This document shows, in pieces, positions 9,134 to 17,707 of a stretch of DNA of 57,936 bases. How positions within the stretch are numbered: the stretch's first letter is position 1; each line of letters opens with the position of its first letter. Below the pieces are notes generated by a model. The model had not been told where the DNA came from. It worked only from the letters and a program-made list of their open reading frames with translations, and searched no databases. Where the stretch lies: the NCBI GenBank assembly GCA_030372945.1, contig JAUCQD010000187.1, positions 1 to 57,936 of the forward strand, read 5' to 3'. The translations under genes and the position numbers were made by a program. This stretch comes from Methanothrix sp. (lineage in GTDB: Archaea; Halobacteriota; Methanosarcinia; Methanotrichales; Methanotrichaceae).

Positions 9134-9177
9134 TTAGTTTGTCTCTATTACATATAGACAAACTAACTACGACTAAC
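9125..9177. repeat. Palindromic (GTTA)n element, related to the element at the window end
   Basis: tagttagtttgtct (9131-9144) / agacaaactaacta (9156-9169), a perfect 14-bp inverted repeat. Confidence 0.8.
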
Positions 9178-9214
9178 GTCCTTTTCTCTCCAAAATTTCC
9201 TAGAAGGAGGAATC

Positions 9215-9421
9215 GTGGACCCAATCAAAGTTGTAAAAGTTGACAACCCCCTCGACTCCGACAACCCTATTCTCGTTCGTCCAGAGGAAGTAAGTAAACC
9301 GGTGGATGGGTTTGAGTGCCCTGAGTGTGGGTCACTCTATCTCGAGGATCTATTTCAATGTCCCTTTTGTGGTTATATGAAGGAGGAAATCAATGTCAAT
9401 GATGGAAGTGACACTCGTTAA
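9215..9421 (+). CDS. Zinc-ribbon protein
   Basis: CPEC...CPFC; AAGGAGG RBS. Confidence 0.7.
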   Translation: MDPIKVVKVDNPLDSDNPILVRPEEVSKPVDGFECPECGSLYLEDLFQCPFCGYMKEEINVNDGSDTR

Positions 9422-9722
9422 GTGTCCAGAATGTGATACCCTCTTCGATATTCAAGATGTCGAAGCAACCGATCCCGTCTACGAATGCTCCAGTTGTGGA
9501 GAAGTTTTCACTCGGAGTAATTCTTACGACGGTGACTCCCACAAGTGTCCTCAGTGTGGGAAGTTTGGGTCAAAAGTTGAAGACACCTGCTGCCCGGACT
9601 GCGAAGCCCCAATCAATGTCCCGAGAGAGAGGATCGAGGGTTTTCAGTGTCCTGAGTGTGAAGGATACTTCGAAGAGGATACAGATCCCTGTCCGAATTG
9701 TGGCCACACTGACGAGGATTAA
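9393..9722 (+). CDS. Multi-zinc-ribbon protein
   Basis: Six CxxC motifs; AGGAGG RBS. Confidence 0.75.
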   Translation: MSMMEVTLVKCPECDTLFDIQDVEATDPVYECSSCGEVFTRSNSYDGDSHKCPQCGKFGSKVEDTCCPDCEAPINVPRERIEGFQCPECEGYFEEDTDPCPNCGHTDED

Positions 9723-9723
9723 A

Positions 9724-10065
9724 ATGGCACAAAAGTTCTGTCGATGTCGAATTTGTACTCGATATGAGGAGTCTCTGATTAAGACTCCCCCGAAAGAGGG
9801 GGATCTTCGTGTCTGGTGGATCCCTCAGGTTCCTGGGCAGCCTTACTATGTTCCTGTGAAGTCTCTTCGAGAAGCTCATCTCGTTCTCTCCCTTCTGGCT
9901 GACTACGACTTCTTCCAGCTATATCATCGAATCAAGCCTGACTATAGCAACGCTGGAGGGCTAGAAGTCTTCCTCATAGACTCTGATGGGGAAGGAACCC
10001 CAGGATGGTGTGAATGGGAGAATGAAGATGGACACGATATCGATGATGTCGATGACGAGGGGTGA
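9724..10065 (+). CDS. P22 gp17-like (exclusion-related) protein
   Basis: LRVWWIPQVP...LADYDFFQ...IKPDYSNAGGLEV resembles P22 gp17; start refined to ATG 9724. Confidence 0.7.
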   Translation: MAQKFCRCRICTRYEESLIKTPPKEGDLRVWWIPQVPGQPYYVPVKSLREAHLVLSLLADYDFFQLYHRIKPDYSNAGGLEVFLIDSDGEGTPGWCEWENEDGHDIDDVDDEG

Positions 10066-10089
10066 CTCTCGAAAGAGAGGAGGTGTTGA

Positions 10090-10335
10090 ATGACATCGAT
10101 GAATTCCTCGACCCCACATAAACCCAAGAGAGTTTACACCCGACGATCATCCAACCTTCATTATCGTCGAGGAGAAGATCATCTTCAAGCTCGTCTAACT
10201 CAACATCAGGTTGATGAAATTCGTCGAGTGTACTTTTCAAAGAATGTCTCTCAGACATATTTGGCGAGGGTTTTCAACGTCAGTCAATCCCTCATCTCCC
10301 AGATTATCTGTGAGAAGATCTGGAGGTCTCGATGA
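10090..10335 (+). CDS. HTH DNA-binding protein resembling the C-terminal domain of HNH endonucleases
   Basis: GEDH-ARLT-V-EIR...SQ-LA-FNVSQSLISQI; no HNH core. Confidence 0.7.
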   Translation: MTSMNSSTPHKPKRVYTRRSSNLHYRRGEDHLQARLTQHQVDEIRRVYFSKNVSQTYLARVFNVSQSLISQIICEKIWRSR

Positions 10336-10901
10336 CAGTTGACCCCCAAGACCCCTCAGTTCTGAAAGTCCTTCGATCTATCTATGCTTTGTTAATCGAT
10401 CCAGGTTCGACAGAAGGAGAACGGCAGGCTGCTCAGAATCGTCTCGATCATCTATTGAAGAAGTATGATTTGACCCTCGATCAAATCATTGAGCAGAAGG
10501 AGAAGAAGGTTACTGTAAAGTTCGATTTCGACTCCCCTTTCGAACAGACTCTTCTCTTTCAGATTCTGTTCATGGTCTTAGACGTAGGTACGATCTCATA
10601 TGGTGATCGAAGTTGGCGAGAAGGGTATACTCGAAAGTCTCGAAAATACATTTGGATCGAGCTGTCTTCTCTCCAATACGTAGAGGTGAGTTCTCTATAC
10701 TCCCACTATCGTAAAGCTCTGAAAAGAGATCTAGATGAATTCGTATCTGCCTTCATCTACCAAAATCACCTCGTTCGTGATCATGCCGAAGATCACGAGA
10801 TGTCAAAAGAGGAGCTTGAACGTCTGCATCGGGTCATTCAGAAAATGAAGGGAATTCAACCTACACCACGACCTGTAAAACGTCTGAAGTCAGGAGCATA
10901 A
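10332..10901 (+). CDS. DUF2786-like domain protein
   Basis: STEGERQAAQNRLDHLLKKY motif. Confidence 0.6.
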   Translation: MTVDPQDPSVLKVLRSIYALLIDPGSTEGERQAAQNRLDHLLKKYDLTLDQIIEQKEKKVTVKFDFDSPFEQTLLFQILFMVLDVGTISYGDRSWREGYTRKSRKYIWIELSSLQYVEVSSLYSHYRKALKRDLDEFVSAFIYQNHLVRDHAEDHEMSKEELERLHRVIQKMKGIQPTPRPVKRLKSGA

Positions 10902-10902
10902 C

Positions 10903-11388
10903 ATGACCAAACCCTTTACTCTCGAACGTGTAAGATTCCCTTACACAATACGAGACCCTGATACCAAGAAGCCTATTGTGAATATCTTCGATCTGACTTG
11001 GCTCCCAGCGATTCTTCATCTCCCTGAGATTCTCGAGGAATTGAATGAATATCGTCAGAAAGAAGGTCTTCCTGTAGAATCGTATCGAGATTTGAAATCC
11101 TCCATTGTACGATCTCCAGTTGGGATGACAATCAGTCTCCCTGTTTCAGAAGGGGACATCTTCATCACGAAGAAAGGAGATCGATACAAAGTTATTTCGA
11201 TCGGTCAACAGATTACTCTGGATTGGCTCGACGGAAAGTATCGTCGAGATGTTACTCGGGAGACTCTCGCTAAGCACTACACTCGAGAGAAGAAACCTGA
11301 TGAAGAGGAGGTAGTGAATGAGGGAATTCTCGAGATTGAGGGAGACGAAGAAGAAGAAGAAGATGACGGCGTTCCCTCGGATTTGTAA
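10903..11388 (+). CDS. Hypothetical protein with acidic tail
   Basis: AGGAG RBS. Confidence 0.7.
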   Translation: MTKPFTLERVRFPYTIRDPDTKKPIVNIFDLTWLPAILHLPEILEELNEYRQKEGLPVESYRDLKSSIVRSPVGMTISLPVSEGDIFITKKGDRYKVISIGQQITLDWLDGKYRRDVTRETLAKHYTREKKPDEEEVVNEGILEIEGDEEEEEDDGVPSDL

Positions 11389-11397
11389 GGAGGCTGC

Positions 11398-11523
11398 ATG
11401 TATAAGATTCTAGACTTTCTTTGGCAAACTTTCATCTGCTTGGCGATTCTGATGGGAGTCATCGCCTTGATCTACGGTTGTATCTGGATAGTAGTTCAGA
11501 TTGGGAACCTAGTAGGAGTGTAG
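11398..11523 (+). CDS. Small membrane peptide (41 aa)
   Basis: Hand translation MYKILDFLWQTFICLAILMGVIALIYGCIWIVV...; AAGGAGG RBS. Confidence 0.6.
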   Translation: MYKILDFLWQTFICLAILMGVIALIYGCIWIVVQIGNLVGV

Positions 11524-11525
11524 AT

Positions 11526-11678
11526 ATGAGTTCTCTACCTATTGTAAACGAGATCCTCAACTGGTTCGTCTTTCTCCTGGTCGTAGTTTTTCTCCTCCTT
11601 CTCATTCTCGGTTGTCTCTACGTATGTATCCTCATTGTTCGAGAGATTAGAAAGGTATGGCATGATCGATCCTCTTGA
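11526..11678 (+). CDS. Small membrane peptide (50 aa)
   Basis: AGGAG RBS; long hydrophobic run followed by basic residues. Confidence 0.6.
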   Translation: MSSLPIVNEILNWFVFLLVVVFLLLLILGCLYVCILIVREIRKVWHDRSS

Positions 11679-12966
11679 TTCCCTCCCTTCCTCTCAACCA
11701 GCTGACATCGTCAAGAGAGCATATCTCCTCAAGATCCTCGAACCTCTCGTCGATCTCTTCTTGACAGAAGAAGGGATCTCAAAGGGAGATATGCTACGAA
11801 AGATCGCTGAGTTGACCGGCAAACGTTCGACAGACCCAGAAGTTGACATCATGAGTCTGAATTTCGTTGGGTCACTGCGATCGGTCGGGTATATCGTCTC
11901 TGGCGGCAGATATCGACGTCTTGGTGAGAACTATCGTATCCTCGGGTTCGAGACTCCAAAGATCAAGCCTACGACCGATCAATGGTCTGAAGCAGATCAG
12001 ATGCTTCTTCGTAAGTTCCAAGAGATGTCGATTCCGATGGGAGCTGATCACGTTTCAGAGACAATATTTCGGGAGGCAATTGCTTTTCGAGGTGAGGATC
12101 GTCCTCTTCATGAAATGTCGTGGATGTATGCTTCTTGTTACGAATTGGGAGGGAAGTCGAGGGGGTACTTCTGGGAGGAGATGTCGGGATTGAAAGTCTT
12201 GATCTTTCAAAGAGATGTAACTCGACCCTCATTTCGAATCCTTCCTCTCTCTGGAGAACCTGCCGATGTCTATCTCTTAGCTCAGCAGCTGGGACGCATT
12301 AGCGTCAATTCTGTAAAGATCGTCAATGCGACGATGAAGGAAGTCGAGTTCTTCAAAACGAAGATCCCTACTCTCTACTGGGAGAGAGGGAAGCAGGCTG
12401 TATACTCTTGTGAGGATATCCTCTCTCATCCTGAGAAGTACTTCAACGAGAGAGCTCGAACGACTCTTCGAAAGAATCTTCGATCCTCGACCTTCATGAC
12501 CTCTCTGGAGATGTCAGGAACTTTCGAGCCTGCTCAATCCCAATCTGTTATTGATCGATGGAGGAAGTACAACGAACCAAAACAAAGACAGTTGGCTATC
12601 ACACGGGACTATCTAGCAGTAACTGGGTCATCCCTCGGGAAGATTTCTATCCTTGGGTTTCGTGATGGGTATCCCTGCTGTCTGCATATCTTAGATCGTC
12701 TCACTAATCATCCCGAGTACGCAGCTCAGATAGTCGAGAAGTCTCTGAACTACTCAGCTATTCTCGGGGGAGCACCTGGGACAGCCGATCTGAATCTGCA
12801 TCGAACATGTGAGTATCTGATCTCTATGGGAATCAAGTTTATCAACGCTGGGATGTATATGGGAGGGACGGACGGTCTCGCTCGTCACAAGCTCAGACTA
12901 CGTTTCAGCGAGGAGACCGATCAAGCGTCTCTAACTATCACAACTCCCTTTCGAAGGAACGAATAG
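11662..12966 (+). CDS. DUF2156 / LPG_synthase_C-like aminoacyl-tRNA-dependent GNAT-fold transferase, paralogue 1
   Basis: VYSCEDI...ERARTTLRK, VEKSLNY and FINAGMYMGGTDGLARHKL parallel the DUF2156 motifs (YIY..EDL...KRNHINKF, EKA, YINREEDLG.EGLRKAKL); no TM segments. Confidence 0.6.
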   Translation: MIDPLDSLPSSQPADIVKRAYLLKILEPLVDLFLTEEGISKGDMLRKIAELTGKRSTDPEVDIMSLNFVGSLRSVGYIVSGGRYRRLGENYRILGFETPKIKPTTDQWSEADQMLLRKFQEMSIPMGADHVSETIFREAIAFRGEDRPLHEMSWMYASCYELGGKSRGYFWEEMSGLKVLIFQRDVTRPSFRILPLSGEPADVYLLAQQLGRISVNSVKIVNATMKEVEFFKTKIPTLYWERGKQAVYSCEDILSHPEKYFNERARTTLRKNLRSSTFMTSLEMSGTFEPAQSQSVIDRWRKYNEPKQRQLAITRDYLAVTGSSLGKISILGFRDGYPCCLHILDRLTNHPEYAAQIVEKSLNYSAILGGAPGTADLNLHRTCEYLISMGIKFINAGMYMGGTDGLARHKLRLRFSEETDQASLTITTPFRRNE

Positions 12967-14256
12967 ATGAAACTGCTGACTGAAGTTATCGAGAATTCCT
13001 TTTCTTCGAAGTTCTCGGGAGACCCCCTGACTGTTCTGGGACTTCGGAGTCTCTGTCGGGACTGTCGATCTCTGCCTGAGGAGTTTCTCGATCATCTCTT
13101 GACATCTGGAGTTACCCTCGAGGAAGTTGATACCCTTCTCTCCTTAGGGAAACCCAATCCCGTCAAAATTCAGAATCGAATGAATTTCTTTGGGACACTT
13201 CATGGGTCTGGATATTCCTGTCCTCGTCAATATCCTCGACGAATTACTGGGTATACCCCTCCAGTTGCTCCTGAAGGTTTTTCAGACTGGTCTCGAGACC
13301 AACAGGAAGCCTATCATGATCTTTTCTCCCAACCAGAACTCCATCCCCAACTCGACGAAGAGTGGGTTCGAGAGGCTCTATGGGAGAGACATTCCGAATG
13401 GCTTCACGAACTCTCTTGGATGTATTACCCTACTTATCTTGTTGGGGCATCCTCGAAGGTTTTTCGATACGATGGCCCCTCAGGGGAGAAGTTTTTGATT
13501 CAGAGGAAGTTCGAGAATCGTCCTCGATTAACAATTCATTGTTTTAAGGGATCGTGGGAGTTCTTCTACACCTTAGCGAAACAAATCGGCCCCCTGAGTA
13601 CAACTCCTGTTGTTCTCGAATTCCTCCCTCCGGATCTTCTTCCCTTAGTTCGATTGAATGGATTGAAGTTAAACTATGAACAAGAGATTCTATACGACCT
13701 CAAATCTCTCCTCGAGAACCCAAAAGATCACTTCTCTGCTTCAGAGAGAACATCTCTCCATAAATCTTCCCGGGATACGATTATCCGAGAGCTCGATTTT
13801 ACCGATTCTCTAGATCTCGATCTGGCACGTCAAGTAATTGATACCTGGCGTAGTCTGAATAGTTCTCGACATCGTCGACTCGCTATCATTCGAGACTATC
13901 AATGTTTAGAAACACCTTCGACAGGTCGAGTGGGGTATCTCGGACTTCGAGATGGACATCCCTGTATTCTCGGGATCTATGATCGACTCTCGGGAACAGC
14001 AAATATGATGGGGGATCTTGTTGGGAAGTCTCTCAACTACTCTTCTGTCCCAGGAGGACGATACGGGACAGCAGATTTTGCTCTTGTAGAAATCGGTCGA
14101 CATCTTCTCGATCGAGGGATTGATTATGTTAATGCTGGTCGAATGGCTGGAGGAGAACTCACACTCAAGGCTCATAAACTTCGTCGAGGGATGAAATATC
14201 TCCCCGAAGTGTATATGACGACTACTCCCTTTTCTCGAAAGGAGAATCACAAATGA
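12967..14256 (+). CDS. DUF2156-like aminoacyl-tRNA-dependent transferase, paralogue 2
   Basis: Shares LHExSWMY, VIDxWR, RxLAIxRDY, RDGxPC, KSLNY, GTAD, NAG, HKLR and TTPF with paralogue 1. Confidence 0.6.
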   Translation: MKLLTEVIENSFSSKFSGDPLTVLGLRSLCRDCRSLPEEFLDHLLTSGVTLEEVDTLLSLGKPNPVKIQNRMNFFGTLHGSGYSCPRQYPRRITGYTPPVAPEGFSDWSRDQQEAYHDLFSQPELHPQLDEEWVREALWERHSEWLHELSWMYYPTYLVGASSKVFRYDGPSGEKFLIQRKFENRPRLTIHCFKGSWEFFYTLAKQIGPLSTTPVVLEFLPPDLLPLVRLNGLKLNYEQEILYDLKSLLENPKDHFSASERTSLHKSSRDTIIRELDFTDSLDLDLARQVIDTWRSLNSSRHRRLAIIRDYQCLETPSTGRVGYLGLRDGHPCILGIYDRLSGTANMMGDLVGKSLNYSSVPGGRYGTADFALVEIGRHLLDRGIDYVNAGRMAGGELTLKAHKLRRGMKYLPEVYMTTTPFSRKENHK

Positions 14257-14564
14257 AATTGACAACTGAAGTCATACCAAATGAAGTAAATCGACGTGTA
14301 GGGACTCGATCCCAGAGGGAGTCTCTTCTCAAAGAAATTCTCCCTTCCCTTCTGAAACTAAAGATAGACGGGGAGGCTCTTCGTATTCGTGGGTTTGATA
14401 CGGAGGATGAAATGGAATCCCTTCGTGCAGCTATTCGGGATTACAACTTCAATGAGCAGACTGTTCAAAAGCAAGGGTGGGTCTTTCGTACTCGTCGTGT
14501 TAAGGGAGAAGAGATTGTTCTTGACGTCTATCGAATCTCCGCTTCTCCTGACAGGGCAGAATAA
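14253..14564 (+). CDS. Hypothetical protein
   Basis: AAGGAG RBS; ATGA overlap. Confidence 0.75.
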   Translation: MKLTTEVIPNEVNRRVGTRSQRESLLKEILPSLLKLKIDGEALRIRGFDTEDEMESLRAAIRDYNFNEQTVQKQGWVFRTRRVKGEEIVLDVYRISASPDRAE

Positions 14565-14570
14565 GCCCTA

Positions 14571-14599
14571 TTGACCTGAGCTCAAATACCCTTTATAAT
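14571..14599 (+). promoter_or_regulatory. Sigma70-type promoter
   Basis: TTGACC (14571-14576), 17 bp, TATAAT (14594-14599). Confidence 0.8.
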
Positions 14600-14628
14600 A
14601 TAAACCTATCCAGGAGGTGTCGTTCACA

Positions 14629-15627
14629 ATGTCACACGATCTGTTTGGTGAAAGATTTCTATCGAATCGTCAGCCTGCTTGGCACGGTCTCGGGCTAATA
14701 GTGCCTGAGGGTGTCTCTGCAACAGAGGCTTTTTCTCGACTGACTCCGTATGACGTCGAGCTTCAAGGACTCCGTTTGGAGTCAGGAAAGAAGATCGAAC
14801 AACGGGCAGTCGTTCGTCAACCTGTCCCCGATGACCCTGAAGAAGTTGTGTTTGGGATTGTCGGGAAGGACTACACGTTAATTCCCCCAATCGATATTTG
14901 TCGAATCTGGGACGATGCTGTCGCACGTCCTGTTGAAACGATCGGTGCTTTGGGACGAGGGGAAATTCTTTTCGTCTCTACGTATTTACCCGAATTCGAT
15001 ATCAAGGGAGACCCTGTAGAATCTTATCTCCTCTTGACTTCTCCCTACTCTGGATGGGAGGCTCTGAACATTCGTGTTACCCCTGTCCGAGTGAAATGTC
15101 GGAATACCCTCATTGCTGCAAAGCAGCAGTCTTCGGAAGTCTATCGTGTTGTTCACGATAGAACAGCTTACTCTCGTTTAGAGTCCTGGCTGTCTGGGAT
15201 CTATCAGAGAGCTGTTCAGAGGTCCGAGACCCTGGCTAGCTTCTTCAACATCTTTGCTGATCTTCAAGTCCAGTCCGATACGCTCTCCGAAATGATCAAT
15301 GAGATCTACCCCTACCCAACTCCCCCACGGGAGAATGCTCCCAAAGATGTCGTCGAAAAGAGGATGATGTACTACCTCGAGAATAAGAAAATTCTCGATA
15401 AATCGAGACTTGCTGTTCAAGAGTTGTTCGAAGGGGGAGGAACGACTCTTGATACCCCCGCATGTCGGGGGACTGGTTGGGGGCTGTACAATGCTGTCGT
15501 CGAGTGGGAAGACTACCGTATGACGAAGAGTGAAGAAGCCCGAGCCAAGAATGCTCTCTTCGGTGACCGGGCCTATCGGAAAGAGCTTGCATTCGCTGTC
15601 GTGGCGGATCGAGCTCTTTCGAAATGA
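14629..15627 (+). CDS. DUF932 family protein (phage/plasmid-like, TIGR03299-type)
   Basis: PAWHGLG, ETIGAL, TPVRVKCRNTL and GTGWGLYNAVVEW motifs. Confidence 0.85.
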   Translation: MSHDLFGERFLSNRQPAWHGLGLIVPEGVSATEAFSRLTPYDVELQGLRLESGKKIEQRAVVRQPVPDDPEEVVFGIVGKDYTLIPPIDICRIWDDAVARPVETIGALGRGEILFVSTYLPEFDIKGDPVESYLLLTSPYSGWEALNIRVTPVRVKCRNTLIAAKQQSSEVYRVVHDRTAYSRLESWLSGIYQRAVQRSETLASFFNIFADLQVQSDTLSEMINEIYPYPTPPRENAPKDVVEKRMMYYLENKKILDKSRLAVQELFEGGGTTLDTPACRGTGWGLYNAVVEWEDYRMTKSEEARAKNALFGDRAYRKELAFAVVADRALSK

Positions 15628-17279
15628 TCGACAATCGTCGACCTAAACCCCTCTCTCCTCTAGGACGTACCCCTATGACAGAATGTCTCGGAAAGTTGAC
15701 TTATGAGAAGTCAACGAAAAAGATTCTATTTCATCCCACAGTCAACAGACCTTCTCTACCGAAGGTTCTGAAAATGATGGGAGGGAAGCTCTCAGCATCA
15801 GGGACGAGCTGGAGCTTCCCGGGGTACTCACAGAGTGTGTATCAGTTGATTCGTCAGTTCAACCCGGAGCTCGATTCGACTGTATCCCACCTCTTAGAGG
15901 GATTTGGTTTCTCTCTTCCTGGAGAAATCGAGACAGATCACCCTTCCTGGGACAAGATGTTTCAGTTCCAGAAGGAAGCTATCTCGTATTTGATTCTATC
16001 CCCTCATCGGGGATCTCTATTGGCTCTATCTCCTGGGTTGGGAAAATCGGCCGTAGCTACTGTAGCGAGTGATCTGCTTAACTACGACCGAGTCCTAATC
16101 ATTGCTCCCCTCTCTCTTTTATCTACATGGGAGAGGGAATATCGAAAGTGGAGCTGGCGAGATGATCCCCCTAAAGTTCGTCATGGGAAGAACCCAGAAG
16201 GGAATATCGTCATCACGAACTACGATACTGTTGTTCGTCACGTCGATGAGTACTGTAAAGCCAAGTTTCAATTAGTGATCCTCGATGAATCGATTCTAGT
16301 CAAGAATCGAGACACGAGACGGTTCAAAGCTCTCAAGAGATTGACCCTTGGTGTTAATCGTCTCTGGCTTCTCTCAGGCAACCCTGTTTCTCGAGAAGTT
16401 GATGATCTCTGGGCTCAGTTTCATCTAATCGATCCTCCCAGTTTTTCGAGTTACTGGCGATTCGCGGAGTCGTACTGTATCATCGAGAGTCCCCCTTGGG
16501 GTCGAGGTGTTGTTGGGTCTCGCAATCTCGACTTTCAATCTGAATTTCGAGACCTGATGTTTGTTCGACATCAGAAAGATGTTCTCGATCTCCCCGAGCT
16601 TATACCCGAGGTAATCGATCTCCCTCTGACAGTACCCCAGAAGAAGCTCTACGAAGCAATCCACTCCGAATTCATGGCCGAGTTGACCTCAAAAGACAAT
16701 CTTCTCGTCCCGAATAAAGTCGCTCAGCTAATTCGTCTCCAGCAAATCGTCTCGAACTCGATGAATTTAGATCCCGATGGTGGGTCTCATTCGAGTAAAC
16801 TCGATGCTGTAGTTGAGATGGTCGAAACAGGGTATTTCGATTTTCCTGCTCTTATCTGGGTTCACTGGACTGAAGGGGCTCTTCAACTCTGGCATGCTCT
16901 CGAAAAGCTCTTGCCAGGGAAAGTAGAGATTATTCTCGGTGGAGATCCCTATACAGACTACAAGATCACAGAGTATAAAGAAGGGAAGAAATCAATATTG
17001 ATTCTCTCTCTTGGAGTTGGGAAGTATGGTCATACTCTGACGAATACTCGGACTGTTATCTACTTCGATCGAACTTGGGATATGGATGCTTTCATCCAAT
17101 CCTCTTATCGTGTTCAAAGAATTGGGCTCGATCATACTGCGGCAGTCATTACTCTCAGATGTCCTTCGACTGTCGATGATCTAGTCCAAGACAATCTTTC
17201 AGGGAAGGCAATCGTCGTCAGTCAGATTACGAATGCCGATCTCGCAAGTCTACTCAAAAATTTGAAAGGAGGTATATGA
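15624..17279 (+). CDS. SNF2-family helicase
   Basis: PGLGKS Walker A, ILDES Walker B, LSGNP, GHTLT, RVQRIG. Confidence 0.9.
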   Translation: MIDNRRPKPLSPLGRTPMTECLGKLTYEKSTKKILFHPTVNRPSLPKVLKMMGGKLSASGTSWSFPGYSQSVYQLIRQFNPELDSTVSHLLEGFGFSLPGEIETDHPSWDKMFQFQKEAISYLILSPHRGSLLALSPGLGKSAVATVASDLLNYDRVLIIAPLSLLSTWEREYRKWSWRDDPPKVRHGKNPEGNIVITNYDTVVRHVDEYCKAKFQLVILDESILVKNRDTRRFKALKRLTLGVNRLWLLSGNPVSREVDDLWAQFHLIDPPSFSSYWRFAESYCIIESPPWGRGVVGSRNLDFQSEFRDLMFVRHQKDVLDLPELIPEVIDLPLTVPQKKLYEAIHSEFMAELTSKDNLLVPNKVAQLIRLQQIVSNSMNLDPDGGSHSSKLDAVVEMVETGYFDFPALIWVHWTEGALQLWHALEKLLPGKVEIILGGDPYTDYKITEYKEGKKSILILSLGVGKYGHTLTNTRTVIYFDRTWDMDAFIQSSYRVQRIGLDHTAAVITLRCPSTVDDLVQDNLSGKAIVVSQITNADLASLLKNLKGGI

Positions 17280-17707
17280 ACATTCTAGCAGTCGACCCAG
17301 GGATTACGACCGGATATACTATTCTCTCGGACGTAGGGGAACCCCTGGAGTGGGGAAATCTCGACTACGATGATATCATGTCGAAGGATTCGATCTTCGA
17401 GGTCTATAAGTCTCGGGAAGGTCTCAAAGTAGTAATTGAGAGAGTCCCAATCCCAACGATTTCAGAACTCGATCGTCGACTCGTCTCCCTCATGGGATAT
17501 CTCGAGCAGATCTTCCCCCAGGCTCAATGGATCTCCCCCTCGACGTGGAAATCTATTTCGCCTATCTTCAATCTCTCCCTCCCACAAATGCTCGTCGATG
17601 TAGGTTCCCCTCATCTCCGAGATGCGTATCGAATCGGGAAGTGGTTTCTTCTCTTTGGTCGTGGAGGGTATCCGAAAGGAGACGTATTGAGTGACAGAGA
17701 ACTCTAA
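17276..17707 (+). CDS. RuvC-like Holliday junction resolvase
   Basis: ILAVDPGITTG, VVIE and HLRDA acidic motifs. Confidence 0.75.
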   Translation: MNILAVDPGITTGYTILSDVGEPLEWGNLDYDDIMSKDSIFEVYKSREGLKVVIERVPIPTISELDRRLVSLMGYLEQIFPQAQWISPSTWKSISPIFNLSLPQMLVDVGSPHLRDAYRIGKWFLLFGRGGYPKGDVLSDREL

